This document shows positions 7,773 to 16,115 of a stretch of 64,000 nt of DNA, piece after piece. A program made the translations under genes and the position numbers. Where the stretch lies: IMG/VR virus record IMGVR_UViG_3300044811_000020, positions 2,457 to 66,456 of that record; one strand, 5' to 3'. The stretch comes from a virus. The notes beneath the pieces are model-generated. The model was not told the origin of the DNA and did not search any database. It worked only from the letters and a program-made list of their open reading frames with translations. Numbering within the stretch: position 1 is the first letter of the stretch; each line of letters begins with the position of its first letter.

Positions 7773-8771
7773 ATGGAACAGAAAACCAGCATTTTGCATA
7801 TGCGCGCGCCGCTATCTGACCCGATGGCGGCCATTCGGCTCAAGCCTACTGATCGGGATTCGTCCTTGGTCGATTTGGCCTTTGCCATGGACCGGTATCC
7901 GGAAGAAACGAAGGATCTGACGTTCGATCAACTGGGTGACTTCTTTCGGAAGAAGCGCGGCGAGGTGCAGCGGGCGGCGCGGGAGGCGAAGCGCTGTGAT
8001 GCTGAAATGGAGATGCTGCAGCGGGACGTTGCTAGTTTGGATCAACTCAGAGCATGGGCGGAGTCTGTCCCCGCCATGCAGAAGCCGCGCGAGCCTTCTT
8101 TCCGTAGGTTCCGCCGCGCCATGCTGGATTGGGAAACCGTGCAATATGGCCCGAAATGCGAGAGCCGTGAGTTTGATCAGGAGGTTATGAAGTTCGTAGA
8201 GCCGTTCATGATTGAGCACGATTGGTCTGCGGCGCTGCGCGCTAGTTTTGATGGCGATATTCGGCTGCCTTACGAGGTATGCGCGTTTGAGTTCCGGTTC
8301 GGTGACCGGCCGGTGCTGGCGATCGCCACTCAATTCGAAAGCGATATCATGTTTTCGTTGGCCGTCGAGATGGACCGGTGGGTATTCTGCGGCTGTGCCA
8401 TGTCGGTTCATACCAGCCGGTCGACGGTAGCGGACGCGGTTGGGTCCGTGCATAGCCGAGTGGCGGATCAGATTCGGGCTGTCTGTATCGCACTAGACGC
8501 GGAGGTGGCGGTTTCTGAGGCGGCGCGCGCGGACCATCCTGGCGCGGCCTCTGCGGCGCTGCGCGTGCCGGGCCGGGATTATCACGTCGTCTCGCTGGCT
8601 ACGCGCCACGCGCGCCCTGCGCCGCTGGGCGGCGATCCTACTGGCCGCCGGGTCCGGCTGCATTTCCGCCGCGGCCATTGGCGCCATTTCGACAACCACA
8701 AGACTTGGATCCGGTGGATGCTCGTCGGTGATCCTGATCTCGGGTTCATCGAAAAGCATTACACGCTATGA
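7773..8771 (+). CDS. Phage hypothetical protein with C-terminal HxRRGHWR motif
   Basis: LHFRRGHWRHF...WIRWMLVGDP; AGGAG RBS. Confidence 0.75.
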   Translation: MEQKTSILHMRAPLSDPMAAIRLKPTDRDSSLVDLAFAMDRYPEETKDLTFDQLGDFFRKKRGEVQRAAREAKRCDAEMEMLQRDVASLDQLRAWAESVPAMQKPREPSFRRFRRAMLDWETVQYGPKCESREFDQEVMKFVEPFMIEHDWSAALRASFDGDIRLPYEVCAFEFRFGDRPVLAIATQFESDIMFSLAVEMDRWVFCGCAMSVHTSRSTVADAVGSVHSRVADQIRAVCIALDAEVAVSEAARADHPGAASAALRVPGRDYHVVSLATRHARPAPLGGDPTGRRVRLHFRRGHWRHFDNHKTWIRWMLVGDPDLGFIEKHYTL

Positions 8772-9289
8772 GGATAGCCGCATTTGACCCCGGGATTAAC
8801 GGCAGCGCGGCGCTCCTGAGCCATGGCGGGGATTTTGATCCCGGCCATCCTCAGTTCCTCGATATGGTCGACCTTGCGACGGTTCCCGACGGTGAGAAGC
8901 GCCAGTTAGACGCCAGTTTCATCTGCGATCTGATGGAACGATGGATTCCCGATGCGGTGGTGATTGAGAACGTCCAGCCGATGCCCTCGATACCTGGCGC
9001 GGATGGCGCGCGCCGGTCAATGGGCGCGGCGAGTTCGTTCCGGTTCGGCCTCGCCTGCGGGATGATTCGGGGCGTGGTCGCGGTCTATACGACGCCGGTG
9101 ACGATGGTTCACCCGCAAAGCTGGAAGCGTCATTTCGGGCTCAAGGGCGCGGATAAAAAGCCCGGCGTCGCGCTGATCAAAAAACTCTATCCGTCCTGTG
9201 AACCTTTTATCACGCTGGTTAAACACCATGGCAGGGCTGACGCCGGGCTGATGGCGGCTTGGTATGCTGAAAAACGAGGGATGCTGTAA
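8768..9289 (+). CDS. RuvC-like Holliday junction resolvase
   Basis: AFDPG, VVIENV, SSFRFG, HPQSWK, GRADA catalytic pattern. Confidence 0.88.
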   Translation: MRIAAFDPGINGSAALLSHGGDFDPGHPQFLDMVDLATVPDGEKRQLDASFICDLMERWIPDAVVIENVQPMPSIPGADGARRSMGAASSFRFGLACGMIRGVVAVYTTPVTMVHPQSWKRHFGLKGADKKPGVALIKKLYPSCEPFITLVKHHGRADAGLMAAWYAEKRGML

Positions 9290-10668
9290 TGGGCGAGACA
9301 TTTTTGGACGGCCGCGTGACGATGCTGCTGGGCGATGTGCGGGAGCGGCTGCGCGGGCTGCCGGCGGACCATTTCGATTGCGTGGTGACTTCGCCGCCAT
9401 ATTGGGGGCTGCGGGATTATGGGACCGCTACGTGGGAGGGTGGCGACGACTTTTGCGACCATCGATCACCAACCATGAAAGATGGACGCAACGAGGCGCG
9501 CGCGACAATGCCGGGATCGGTGGCGACGAATTCGGCGCAGCTGCTGCTGGCGCATCGGTCGGCGTGCGGGCGCTGCGGCGCGGTCAAGGTGGATCGGCAG
9601 ATAGGTCTGGAGCCAACGCTGGGCGAGCACTTGGCCGTCATGGTCGATGTTTTCGAGGAAGTGCGGCGCGTGCTCAAGCCAACTGGAACGCTCTGGCTTA
9701 ATTACGGGGATTGCTATGCCACGGCGCCGAACGGGCGGAGCGCGGCGGATATCAAACTGCTGGGGACTGATGACCGGACATATCGGGATAAGCCGTTCTC
9801 AACCGTGGGGAAAATATATCCGCCGACTGGCGATGATCCGTTCAACCGCGCCGCTGGCGGCCGTCGCGGTGGCGGATTGAACAGCGATCCGATGCTTAAA
9901 GCCAAAGACCTTTGCATGATCCCGAACCGACTGGCGATCGCGCTGCAGGAGGCTGGCTGGTGGGTGCGGTCGGAAATCATCTGGCACAAGCCTAATCCGA
10001 TGCCGGAGAGTATTACGGATCGCCCGACGACCAGCCATGAGAAAATCTGGCTTCTGACGAAAAGCGAGCGATATTTCTATGATGCGGAGGCTATCCGCGA
10101 GCCGGTGACTGGCACCGCAAACGATCGGCGCTTGGACGGTGAGTATCTGCCGGCGAAGGGCGCTGATCCCAATGACAGGCGAGTCGGTACTTGGAAAACC
10201 GGGAAAGCCAAGAAAATTAAAGCGCCGGACGGTTGGGATACTGGGTCTGGTGCGCATGGTTCAGTCCATCGGAATGGGCGTGAAAAAGGCAAGACGGTAG
10301 TGGTCGACCATTTGCCTGAGACGCGCAATGCCCGGAACGTCTGGACAATTCCGACCGCGGCATTCTCCGAGGCTCATTTCGCGACGTTCCCGCCTGAGCT
10401 CGCGGAGCGGTGCATCAAGGCAGGCTCGCCGGCGGGCGGGAGTATCTTGGATCCGTTCGGTGGCTCGGGCACGACGGCCATGGTTGCCGCCTCTCTGGGC
10501 CGCATAGCCACGCTAATCGAGTTGAACCCTGAGTATGCCACCCTGGCCCGCGCGCGCATCGAGGCGGCGTTTATGGGCCGTGAGGAGGGTGCCCGGCATA
10601 TGGTGAAAAAGCTCGGGAAACTAGCGGTAGATGCCGGACCGCTCTTTGCACAACCCCTAGAGGGATGA
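9289..10668 (+). CDS. Orphan DNA amino-methyltransferase (beta class, SPPY; probably N4-cytosine)
   Basis: CVVTSPPYWGLRDY ... HFATFP ... ILDPFGGSGTT. Confidence 0.93.
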   Translation: MGETFLDGRVTMLLGDVRERLRGLPADHFDCVVTSPPYWGLRDYGTATWEGGDDFCDHRSPTMKDGRNEARATMPGSVATNSAQLLLAHRSACGRCGAVKVDRQIGLEPTLGEHLAVMVDVFEEVRRVLKPTGTLWLNYGDCYATAPNGRSAADIKLLGTDDRTYRDKPFSTVGKIYPPTGDDPFNRAAGGRRGGGLNSDPMLKAKDLCMIPNRLAIALQEAGWWVRSEIIWHKPNPMPESITDRPTTSHEKIWLLTKSERYFYDAEAIREPVTGTANDRRLDGEYLPAKGADPNDRRVGTWKTGKAKKIKAPDGWDTGSGAHGSVHRNGREKGKTVVVDHLPETRNARNVWTIPTAAFSEAHFATFPPELAERCIKAGSPAGGSILDPFGGSGTTAMVAASLGRIATLIELNPEYATLARARIEAAFMGREEGARHMVKKLGKLAVDAGPLFAQPLEG

Positions 10669-10674
10669 TGGGCA

Positions 10675-10704
10675 TTGACGATTCGCGAGGAATAGCCTTA
10701 CAAA
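10675..10704 (+). promoter_or_regulatory. Putative sigma70 promoter for the long structured RNA
   Basis: TTGACG(10675-10680)-N17/18-TTACAA/TACAAA. Confidence 0.55.
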
Positions 10705-10778
10705 TGCGAAAGGCCCCGGGGTGCAAACCCGAGACCTTTCTAAAACCGATGTAGCTTTGGCGGCCATCGGGGAGCGCA
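10702..10778 (-). ncRNA. Putative ~75-nt antisense RNA (Inc/RNA I/ctRNA-like)
   Basis: Own promoter at 10813-10785; CCGATG/CATCGG stem-loop with CGCCAA loop; 13-bp terminal stem perfect only on the minus strand (2 G-U pairs). Confidence 0.6.
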
Positions 10779-11240
10779 AGAATTGATTTATGGCCTTTGT
10801 GCCTTTTCGTCAACTCCTGTTCCCTCACAATCCCGCCAAGTCAGATCGGTTCCCGTGGCAGCGTCACGCGCACACCGATCCGCGCTGTCACGTCTAAACC
10901 GGCCGATGGATGGACCGATATCGGCGGCCGGCGGGCATGGCTTGGGAGTAAAGCCCGGATATCCGCGTCCTCGGCGCGAACAAGACTCCGCGAATGACCG
11001 GGCCGAGATGCCCCCGGCATCGTGTCGCAAGTGCTGTGTCGATTTTTGTGCCCATCTTGGATGGTCGAAAAAATAGACATTGCCCCGGCAGCCGAAGGCG
11101 GGACTCCGGTCCTGCCTTGGGTGGCCTATGTCGCCATTTACCTCGCTATCGCTCGGGTAAATGGTGCGCTCTGAAAGAAGGTAAAGGTCTATCAGGTAAG
11201 TAAGAAATACAGACCGTCATTGTTGAAACAGGGGAAATAT
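10706..11240 (+). ncRNA. Long structured non-coding region; candidate primer RNA/origin or regulated leader of the dnaB operon
   Basis: Largest gene-free stretch in the window; successive hairpins GATCGGT/ACCGATC, CCGGCCG/CGGCCGG, AAGGCGGGAC/GTCCTGCCTT, CCATTTACC/GGTAAATGG. Confidence 0.5.
10785..10813 (-). promoter_or_regulatory. Antisense sigma70 promoter
   Basis: TTGACG-N17-TAAATC on the minus strand. Confidence 0.6.
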
Positions 11241-11244
11241 AAAT

Positions 11245-11598
11245 ATGCCGATAAAGCCTGAAAACGCCGCGCGATATCCAAAGGATTGGAAAAAGGTTGT
11301 TGTGCCGCGTATCCGGGCAAGGTCGGGCGATCGTTGCGAATGCCGTGGTGAATGCGGTGATGGCGAAAATGAGCACGGCGGACGCTGCAAGGCGATGAAC
11401 CGCCAGCCGCATCCGGTGACGAAATCAATGGTAGTGCTCACGGTGGCCCATCTGAATCACACTCCGGAAGATTGCCGCGAGGAGGTGCTGCGGCATATGT
11501 GCCAGCGCTGCCACCTTCGATATGACAGTTCCCATCATCAGAAAAATGCGCGCGTGACGCGATTCAAGAAAATCGGGCAGGAGGATTTTGGACTGTGA
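11245..11598 (+). CDS. HNH endonuclease-like protein
   Basis: RCEC...VVLTVAHLNH...CQRCHLRYD. Confidence 0.8.
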   Translation: MPIKPENAARYPKDWKKVVVPRIRARSGDRCECRGECGDGENEHGGRCKAMNRQPHPVTKSMVVLTVAHLNHTPEDCREEVLRHMCQRCHLRYDSSHHQKNARVTRFKKIGQEDFGL

Positions 11599-11822
11599 AG
11601 CAAACTCGCAAGGCATCTCTCGTTGAATCGTTTTTGAACGTGGCTATCGGGTACGGGATAGCGTTGGCGTCCCAAATCATCGTATTTCCGTGGTTTGGGA
11701 TAAATATCCCTCTATCCAGCAATATCGCGATCGGGGTTATTTTCACGGTGGTTTCCATCGGTCGGAGTTTTGCCATCCGCCGATTGTTCGAGGCGATGCG
11801 CGTTAACGGGCTGCTCCGATGA
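11595..11822 (+). CDS. Small two-TM phage membrane protein
   Basis: SLVESFLNVAIGYGIAL...FTVVSIGRSFAIRRLF; GTGA/ATGA coupling. Confidence 0.75.
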   Translation: MKQTRKASLVESFLNVAIGYGIALASQIIVFPWFGINIPLSSNIAIGVIFTVVSIGRSFAIRRLFEAMRVNGLLR

Positions 11823-13240
11823 GTGAATATTCCGATTTGAGCGTCGAGCAGCAACTTCTTGGCGCCGTCCTCATGAACAATGCAGCCTATGGGCTGGTCG
11901 AGGATATCGTTAAGGCGGAGCATTTCTTCGAGCCGCTACACAGGCATATCTGGGAAGTCTGCGGCTCCCTGATATCGCACGGAAAACTGTGCTCGCCGGT
12001 GACGCTGCGGACCTTCCTGCCGGCCGATGTGCGGGTTGGGGATATGGGGCTGCGGGAATACGTTGCCGCGCTCTGCGCGGAAGCGACGACGGTGATCAAT
12101 GCACCGGACTTCGCACGAATCATCCGCGATCTGGCTGACCGGCGGATAATCATCGAGGTCGGGCTGGAACTGCAACAGTCGAAAGAGCGGGACAATCTGA
12201 CGCTTTCGGCATGGGCAGTGGATTATCTCGACGGCATCGTGGCAGCGCAGTCGATGAATGACGCGCCTGCGGTCGATATGAAGCAGGCGGTAACGCGGGC
12301 GATCGACGCGGCAGCCCATGCGTTCCAGCGCGACGGCAAGGTCCGTGGGGTTGCGTACGGGCTGGCTGGGTTGGATCAGAAAACGCTCGGGGCGATGCCG
12401 GGGCAGTTGATCGTGATCGCTGGCCGTCCTGGTATGGGCAAATCGGCGCTGGCGCTCGGGATCGCGCGGAATATGGCGGAGGATGGCAACCCGGTGCTGT
12501 TCTGGTCCGGGGAGATGGGCGATGTGGATCTGACCACCCGCATGATCTCGGACAAGCTTTGGTCGCCAAGTCACCGGCTGACGTATTGGCAGATTGCCTC
12601 GGGCAAAATGCGAGAGGAGCGGTTTCAGGATATCATCCGGGTGGGGCGCGAGCTCGCCGAGTTGCCGATCCGGATTGAGCAGCAACCGGGCTTGACAGTC
12701 TCGCAGATCGGCGCGCGCGCGCGGCAGTGGAAGCGCAAGCATGGCCTCAAGGCACTATTCGTCGACCATCTGGGGCTTATTCGGGCCTCGGGCCGGTATG
12801 CCGGCAACAAGGTCAATGAGACTGGCGAAATCACCATGGGCCTCAAGATGCTCGCCAAGGAGCTCGGGGTGCCGGTGTTCCTGCTCTGCCAGATCAACCG
12901 CGGCGTCGAGCAGCGGGAGGACAAGCGGCCCTCGCTGTCGGATCTGCGCAATTCTGGCGATATCGAGCAGGATGCCGACACGGTGATGATCCTCTATCGG
13001 CCGGCATATTACCACGCCAAGAAAGAACCGCACCCGGCCAGTGCTGAATTCATCATCTGGGCCGATGAAATGGCCAAGTTCGAGCATCGCTTGGATGTCG
13101 CAATCGAAAAACAACGGTCGGGTCCGGTGGGGACGGTGCGGCTCCACTGCGATATTGCGAGCAACGCCTGTAGGGATGAAATTTCGGAAATGGATGATTC
13201 GCTGCTGACGCCCGGAGAGGCGATAGGAGATTTTGTCTGA
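11819..13240 (+). CDS. dnaB: Replicative DNA helicase
   Basis: EQQLLGAVL N-domain; Walker A AGRPGMGKS; VDHLGLI; QINR; SDLRNSGDIEQDAD; KQRSGP. Confidence 0.96.
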   Translation: MSEYSDLSVEQQLLGAVLMNNAAYGLVEDIVKAEHFFEPLHRHIWEVCGSLISHGKLCSPVTLRTFLPADVRVGDMGLREYVAALCAEATTVINAPDFARIIRDLADRRIIIEVGLELQQSKERDNLTLSAWAVDYLDGIVAAQSMNDAPAVDMKQAVTRAIDAAAHAFQRDGKVRGVAYGLAGLDQKTLGAMPGQLIVIAGRPGMGKSALALGIARNMAEDGNPVLFWSGEMGDVDLTTRMISDKLWSPSHRLTYWQIASGKMREERFQDIIRVGRELAELPIRIEQQPGLTVSQIGARARQWKRKHGLKALFVDHLGLIRASGRYAGNKVNETGEITMGLKMLAKELGVPVFLLCQINRGVEQREDKRPSLSDLRNSGDIEQDADTVMILYRPAYYHAKKEPHPASAEFIIWADEMAKFEHRLDVAIEKQRSGPVGTVRLHCDIASNACRDEISEMDDSLLTPGEAIGDFV

Positions 13241-13677
13241 TGGTCGCATATGGATTCAAAAAGCAATTTATAGAGCCGATATTTTGGGGGCTTGATGGGA
13301 TGCGCGGCGTCTGCCAGCTGCGGCGCCCAAAATGCCAGACTATTCGCGCAGTAGGTAAGCGGCGGCATGCACGCCCTGGCGAGATAATCCAACTTTATAC
13401 AGCGATGCGGACGAAGCAGTGCCGCAAACTCGGCGATGCGCGCTGCGTCAGCGTCGAGGGTGTTCTGCTGAAATGGTCCGAGTGGCCATCATTCTGCACC
13501 TTCGATATCGGCCCGGACGGTCGGCGCGTTGGGTCTATTCGGGATATCGGGGATATGGAGGAGTTTGCGCGCAGCGATGGTTTTCCTGATTTTGCCGCTA
13601 TGCGCAAGTTTTGGGCCGATGAGCATGGGCCAGAGACATTCGAGGGATATCTGATCAAGTGGGAGCCAATGGCATGA
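13240..13677 (+). CDS. ASCH/PUA-like domain protein
   Basis: KCQTIR...PGEIIQLYTAMRTKQC...FARSDGF. Confidence 0.65.
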   Translation: MVAYGFKKQFIEPIFWGLDGMRGVCQLRRPKCQTIRAVGKRRHARPGEIIQLYTAMRTKQCRKLGDARCVSVEGVLLKWSEWPSFCTFDIGPDGRRVGSIRDIGDMEEFARSDGFPDFAAMRKFWADEHGPETFEGYLIKWEPMA

Positions 13678-14204
13678 CGTTTACGAGCACGACTATCCGG
13701 AAGCTGCGCGCATTAAATCTGGATCAGGATACTTTCGACAAGGTGCTCGAGATATTCGAGGAGGCGAGAGAGGCAAAGCCGAAAAAGAAGGGATGTGCTG
13801 CCGATCGGCAGGATCGCGCCACGCGGTTGCCGGACGATTGGGCTCTGCCGGAGGACTGGAAGCAGTGGGCGCTGCGAATTGGGCTGCAGCCGCGCGAGGT
13901 GGTGCGGGAGGCCATATCCTTCAAGAGCTATTGGCTGAATTGCGCAGGCGAGAAGGGCCGGAAACTCGTTTGGAAGCTCACTTGGCAGACCTGGTGCCGG
14001 CGGATGCTGGAACGGGCTGGGCGCCAGCCGATCGAGCCTGACGCCATAAGCGCTGCGGTGCCGGTCGAGGGGCCGCAGACATTCACGGATGCGACATGGC
14101 GGGCCATCGCCAAGCGCTATCAATCCACAGGGCAATGGAATGCTAGTTCATGGGGTCCGTCGCCTGAGATGATGGATTGTCTGATGCCGGAGCGATATCT
14201 GTGA
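13674..14204 (+). CDS. DnaT-like ssDNA-binding replication protein lacking an N-terminal HTH initiator domain
   Basis: RATRLPDDW...FKSYW...KGRKLVWKLTWQTWCRR is typical of phage replication-protein C-termini. Confidence 0.6.
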   Translation: MTFTSTTIRKLRALNLDQDTFDKVLEIFEEAREAKPKKKGCAADRQDRATRLPDDWALPEDWKQWALRIGLQPREVVREAISFKSYWLNCAGEKGRKLVWKLTWQTWCRRMLERAGRQPIEPDAISAAVPVEGPQTFTDATWRAIAKRYQSTGQWNASSWGPSPEMMDCLMPERYL

Positions 14205-14806
14205 GATATTCAGTGCGAGAGATGCGGCAGATGATTGCGGCCCATCATTACACTCACTCCTTGCCGGCTGGAGAGAATATTTTCACTCAGTTTGAAGAGG
14301 CTGTTTTGATATTTTCGAGGCCGGCGAATATGAATATCAGCCGATGGCTTGTAGGCGACGATAACCAGGTTTGGGAACTCTCTAGAATGTGGGCTCCGGA
14401 TGGCCATAGGCGAAACTTGCTTACGCAGGCGATTGCGTCTTGCACGGTTGATTTTTTGGCCGCCGCTCGTCGGATGTCGTCCGGGGAATGTACTGCTCTT
14501 ATCAGTTATGCTGACCCGAACGTGGGCCATAGCGGCCTCATTTATCGGGCGGCGTCGTGGGTATATCTTGGACAGTCGGAGGAAGGGCGCTATTATACAG
14601 GTCCTGGCGGTGAAGTTATGTCGCGTCGGAGTTTCCATTCATCAAGCATTGGGAAAACAAAATCGGAAATTCTATCTCTTGGATATTCCGAGGATCGAAA
14701 GCCCGGTAAGCATCGTTTTGCTCGTGGCCTGACGAAAGCGGCCAAGAAAAAGATTGAATCTCGCAAAATAAAAATTGACCTCGCTGGTGGCCGCGCTATT
14801 CTATGA
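14201..14806 (+). CDS. Mom-family (GNAT-fold) adenine modification protein
   Basis: IAAHHY, WELSRMW, LISYADPNVGHSGLIYRAASWVYLG; GTGA overlap. Confidence 0.82.
   Translation: MRYSVREMRQMIAAHHYTHSLPAGENIFTQFEEAVLIFSRPANMNISRWLVGDDNQVWELSRMWAPDGHRRNLLTQAIASCTVDFLAAARRMSSGECTALISYADPNVGHSGLIYRAASWVYLGQSEEGRYYTGPGGEVMSRRSFHSSSIGKTKSEILSLGYSEDRKPGKHRFARGLTKAAKKKIESRKIKIDLAGGRAIL
14775..14802 (+). promoter_or_regulatory. Internal sigma70 promoter
   Basis: A-tract, then TTGACC-N16-TATTCT. Confidence 0.7.
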
Positions 14807-14816
14807 CGGTCGCAAA

Positions 14817-14834
14817 CGAGGCGCAGCCTCAACC
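14817..14834 (+). repeat. 18-nt leader motif, copy 2
   Basis: Identical to 6045-6028 (-). Confidence 0.85.
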
Positions 14835-14848
14835 TTCGGGAGATGCAG

Positions 14849-15064
14849 ATGAACCGCTCCGAAATCCTCAAAGCCGCCCATGAAGTCGCCCGCCGCGAGC
14901 GCAAGTATTGCGGTTCCTACCGCGAGGCGATGGCGGAAGGGCTCAAGGCCGTTTACGCCACCCTGCGCGCCGCGCCCTCCTCCACCGGTTTCCAGATTGT
15001 AGAACCGTCCTATAAGCGCCGCATGTGGTCGCAGCACCGCCCGGTCGGTTGGGTGACGCTATGA
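14849..15064 (+). CDS. Hypothetical protein (MNRSEILKAAH...)
   Basis: GGGAG RBS 6 nt upstream. Confidence 0.7.
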   Translation: MNRSEILKAAHEVARRERKYCGSYREAMAEGLKAVYATLRAAPSSTGFQIVEPSYKRRMWSQHRPVGWVTL

Positions 15065-15231
15065 GCCGCGATCCGATCAAGGTCAAATTCGATCCGCCCC
15101 CGATTCTATATCGCGGTGCCGACTGGACAGCGACATTCGGCGATTGGGATTTGGGCGATCCGATCGGCACGGGCGCGACGGCTGAGGAGGCTATCGCCGA
15201 TCTCCAGGTGGATGCGGGAGACGACGAATGA
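15061..15231 (+). CDS. Small acidic protein
   Basis: ATGA overlap; PIGTGATAEEAIADL. Confidence 0.65.
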   Translation: MSRDPIKVKFDPPPILYRGADWTATFGDWDLGDPIGTGATAEEAIADLQVDAGDDE

Positions 15232-15437
15232 GGGAATACCCCGTCTCGGTCCACGTCTGGATCGCCACCCGCGCTGGTGACCGCGAATATTCCAACTCGC
15301 GCAAGCTGGGTGCCTCGGTCATGAATTCGATTCGCTCGGCGCGCCAAGTGCAGAAGGATATCCTGCTGATCGCGGGGAGCGAGGAAAAGGCGGCGGTGCA
15401 TCTGCCGTCTCGGCTGATCGGTAACGGCCTCAAATGA
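15228..15437 (+). CDS. Hypothetical protein
   Basis: ATGA-coupled, GGGAG RBS. Confidence 0.55.
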   Translation: MREYPVSVHVWIATRAGDREYSNSRKLGASVMNSIRSARQVQKDILLIAGSEEKAAVHLPSRLIGNGLK

Positions 15438-15709
15438 ACGCCAAAGAATTAAACGATGCGCGCCATTCCTTTGGCCTCGGCCGGAAAGACTTCGGCCGAA
15501 TGATGCTTGGGTTTAGCGGTGATCCCCGAAATATCTGGGTGACGGTCAAGCGCTGGGAAAACGGCGAGCGCGCCATTCCGGAGAATATCGCGCGCCTGGT
15601 GCAACTGCTGGTCTGGTTCAAAGAGGACCACGGGTGCCTGCCCGATCTCGACGCCGGGACGCGCGGGCCGCTGCGAATTCCGGAGAAATGGGAGATGACC
15701 AGTGATTGA
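15434..15709 (+). CDS. XRE-family HTH protein
   Basis: ELNDARHSFGL...TVKRWENGERAIP. Confidence 0.8.
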   Translation: MNAKELNDARHSFGLGRKDFGRMMLGFSGDPRNIWVTVKRWENGERAIPENIARLVQLLVWFKEDHGCLPDLDAGTRGPLRIPEKWEMTSD

Positions 15710-15875
15710 TCCCAAAGCCGAACCGATCGAACACCGGCCGCCATACAAGCGGATTGATCTGGCCGCGCGCCGGCGGATTATCTGTCCCTACTGCGGCTCC
15801 GACAAACCACCAAGCCACAAACCGGGATGCGACTCGCCCCTCGCTGAACCGGTATTTTAGGAAGGGAATAAAATA

Positions 15876-16115
15876 GTGCGAAAATATATCCTGATATCCG
15901 CCCTCCTAGTAAATACGGGCGCACTATCTCAAGAGGCCAAGCCCCTGACGTTCACGGTAACGCCGCAGGAACTCGGCGTCATGGCTCAAGCGCTCGGTGA
16001 GCGGCCATATCGCGAGGTGGCCCCGTTGCTCAACAAGCTTGAGGCGCAGTTGCAAGAGCAGCGCGCCAAAGCGGCGGTGGAACCCAAGCAGGATCAACCG
16101 GATAAGCCGCAGTGA
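15876..16115 (+). CDS. Small signal-peptide protein resembling phage fibre-associated small proteins
   Basis: MRKYILISALLVNTGALS leader; FTVTPQELGVMAQALGERPYREVAPLLNKL. Confidence 0.6.
   Translation: MRKYILISALLVNTGALSQEAKPLTFTVTPQELGVMAQALGERPYREVAPLLNKLEAQLQEQRAKAAVEPKQDQPDKPQ

Noticed and set aside
11038-11050. GTCGATTTTTGTG, a 13-mer I recall from the ColE1/pMB1 origin
   Set aside because: Single short post-hoc match recalled from memory, with dissimilar flanks; not used as evidence of homology or vector contamination
10783-11076. 97-aa ORF with TTG start and GGAG upstream inside the structured region
   Set aside because: No recognisable protein features and it overlaps dense RNA hairpins; a leader-peptide role cannot be excluded
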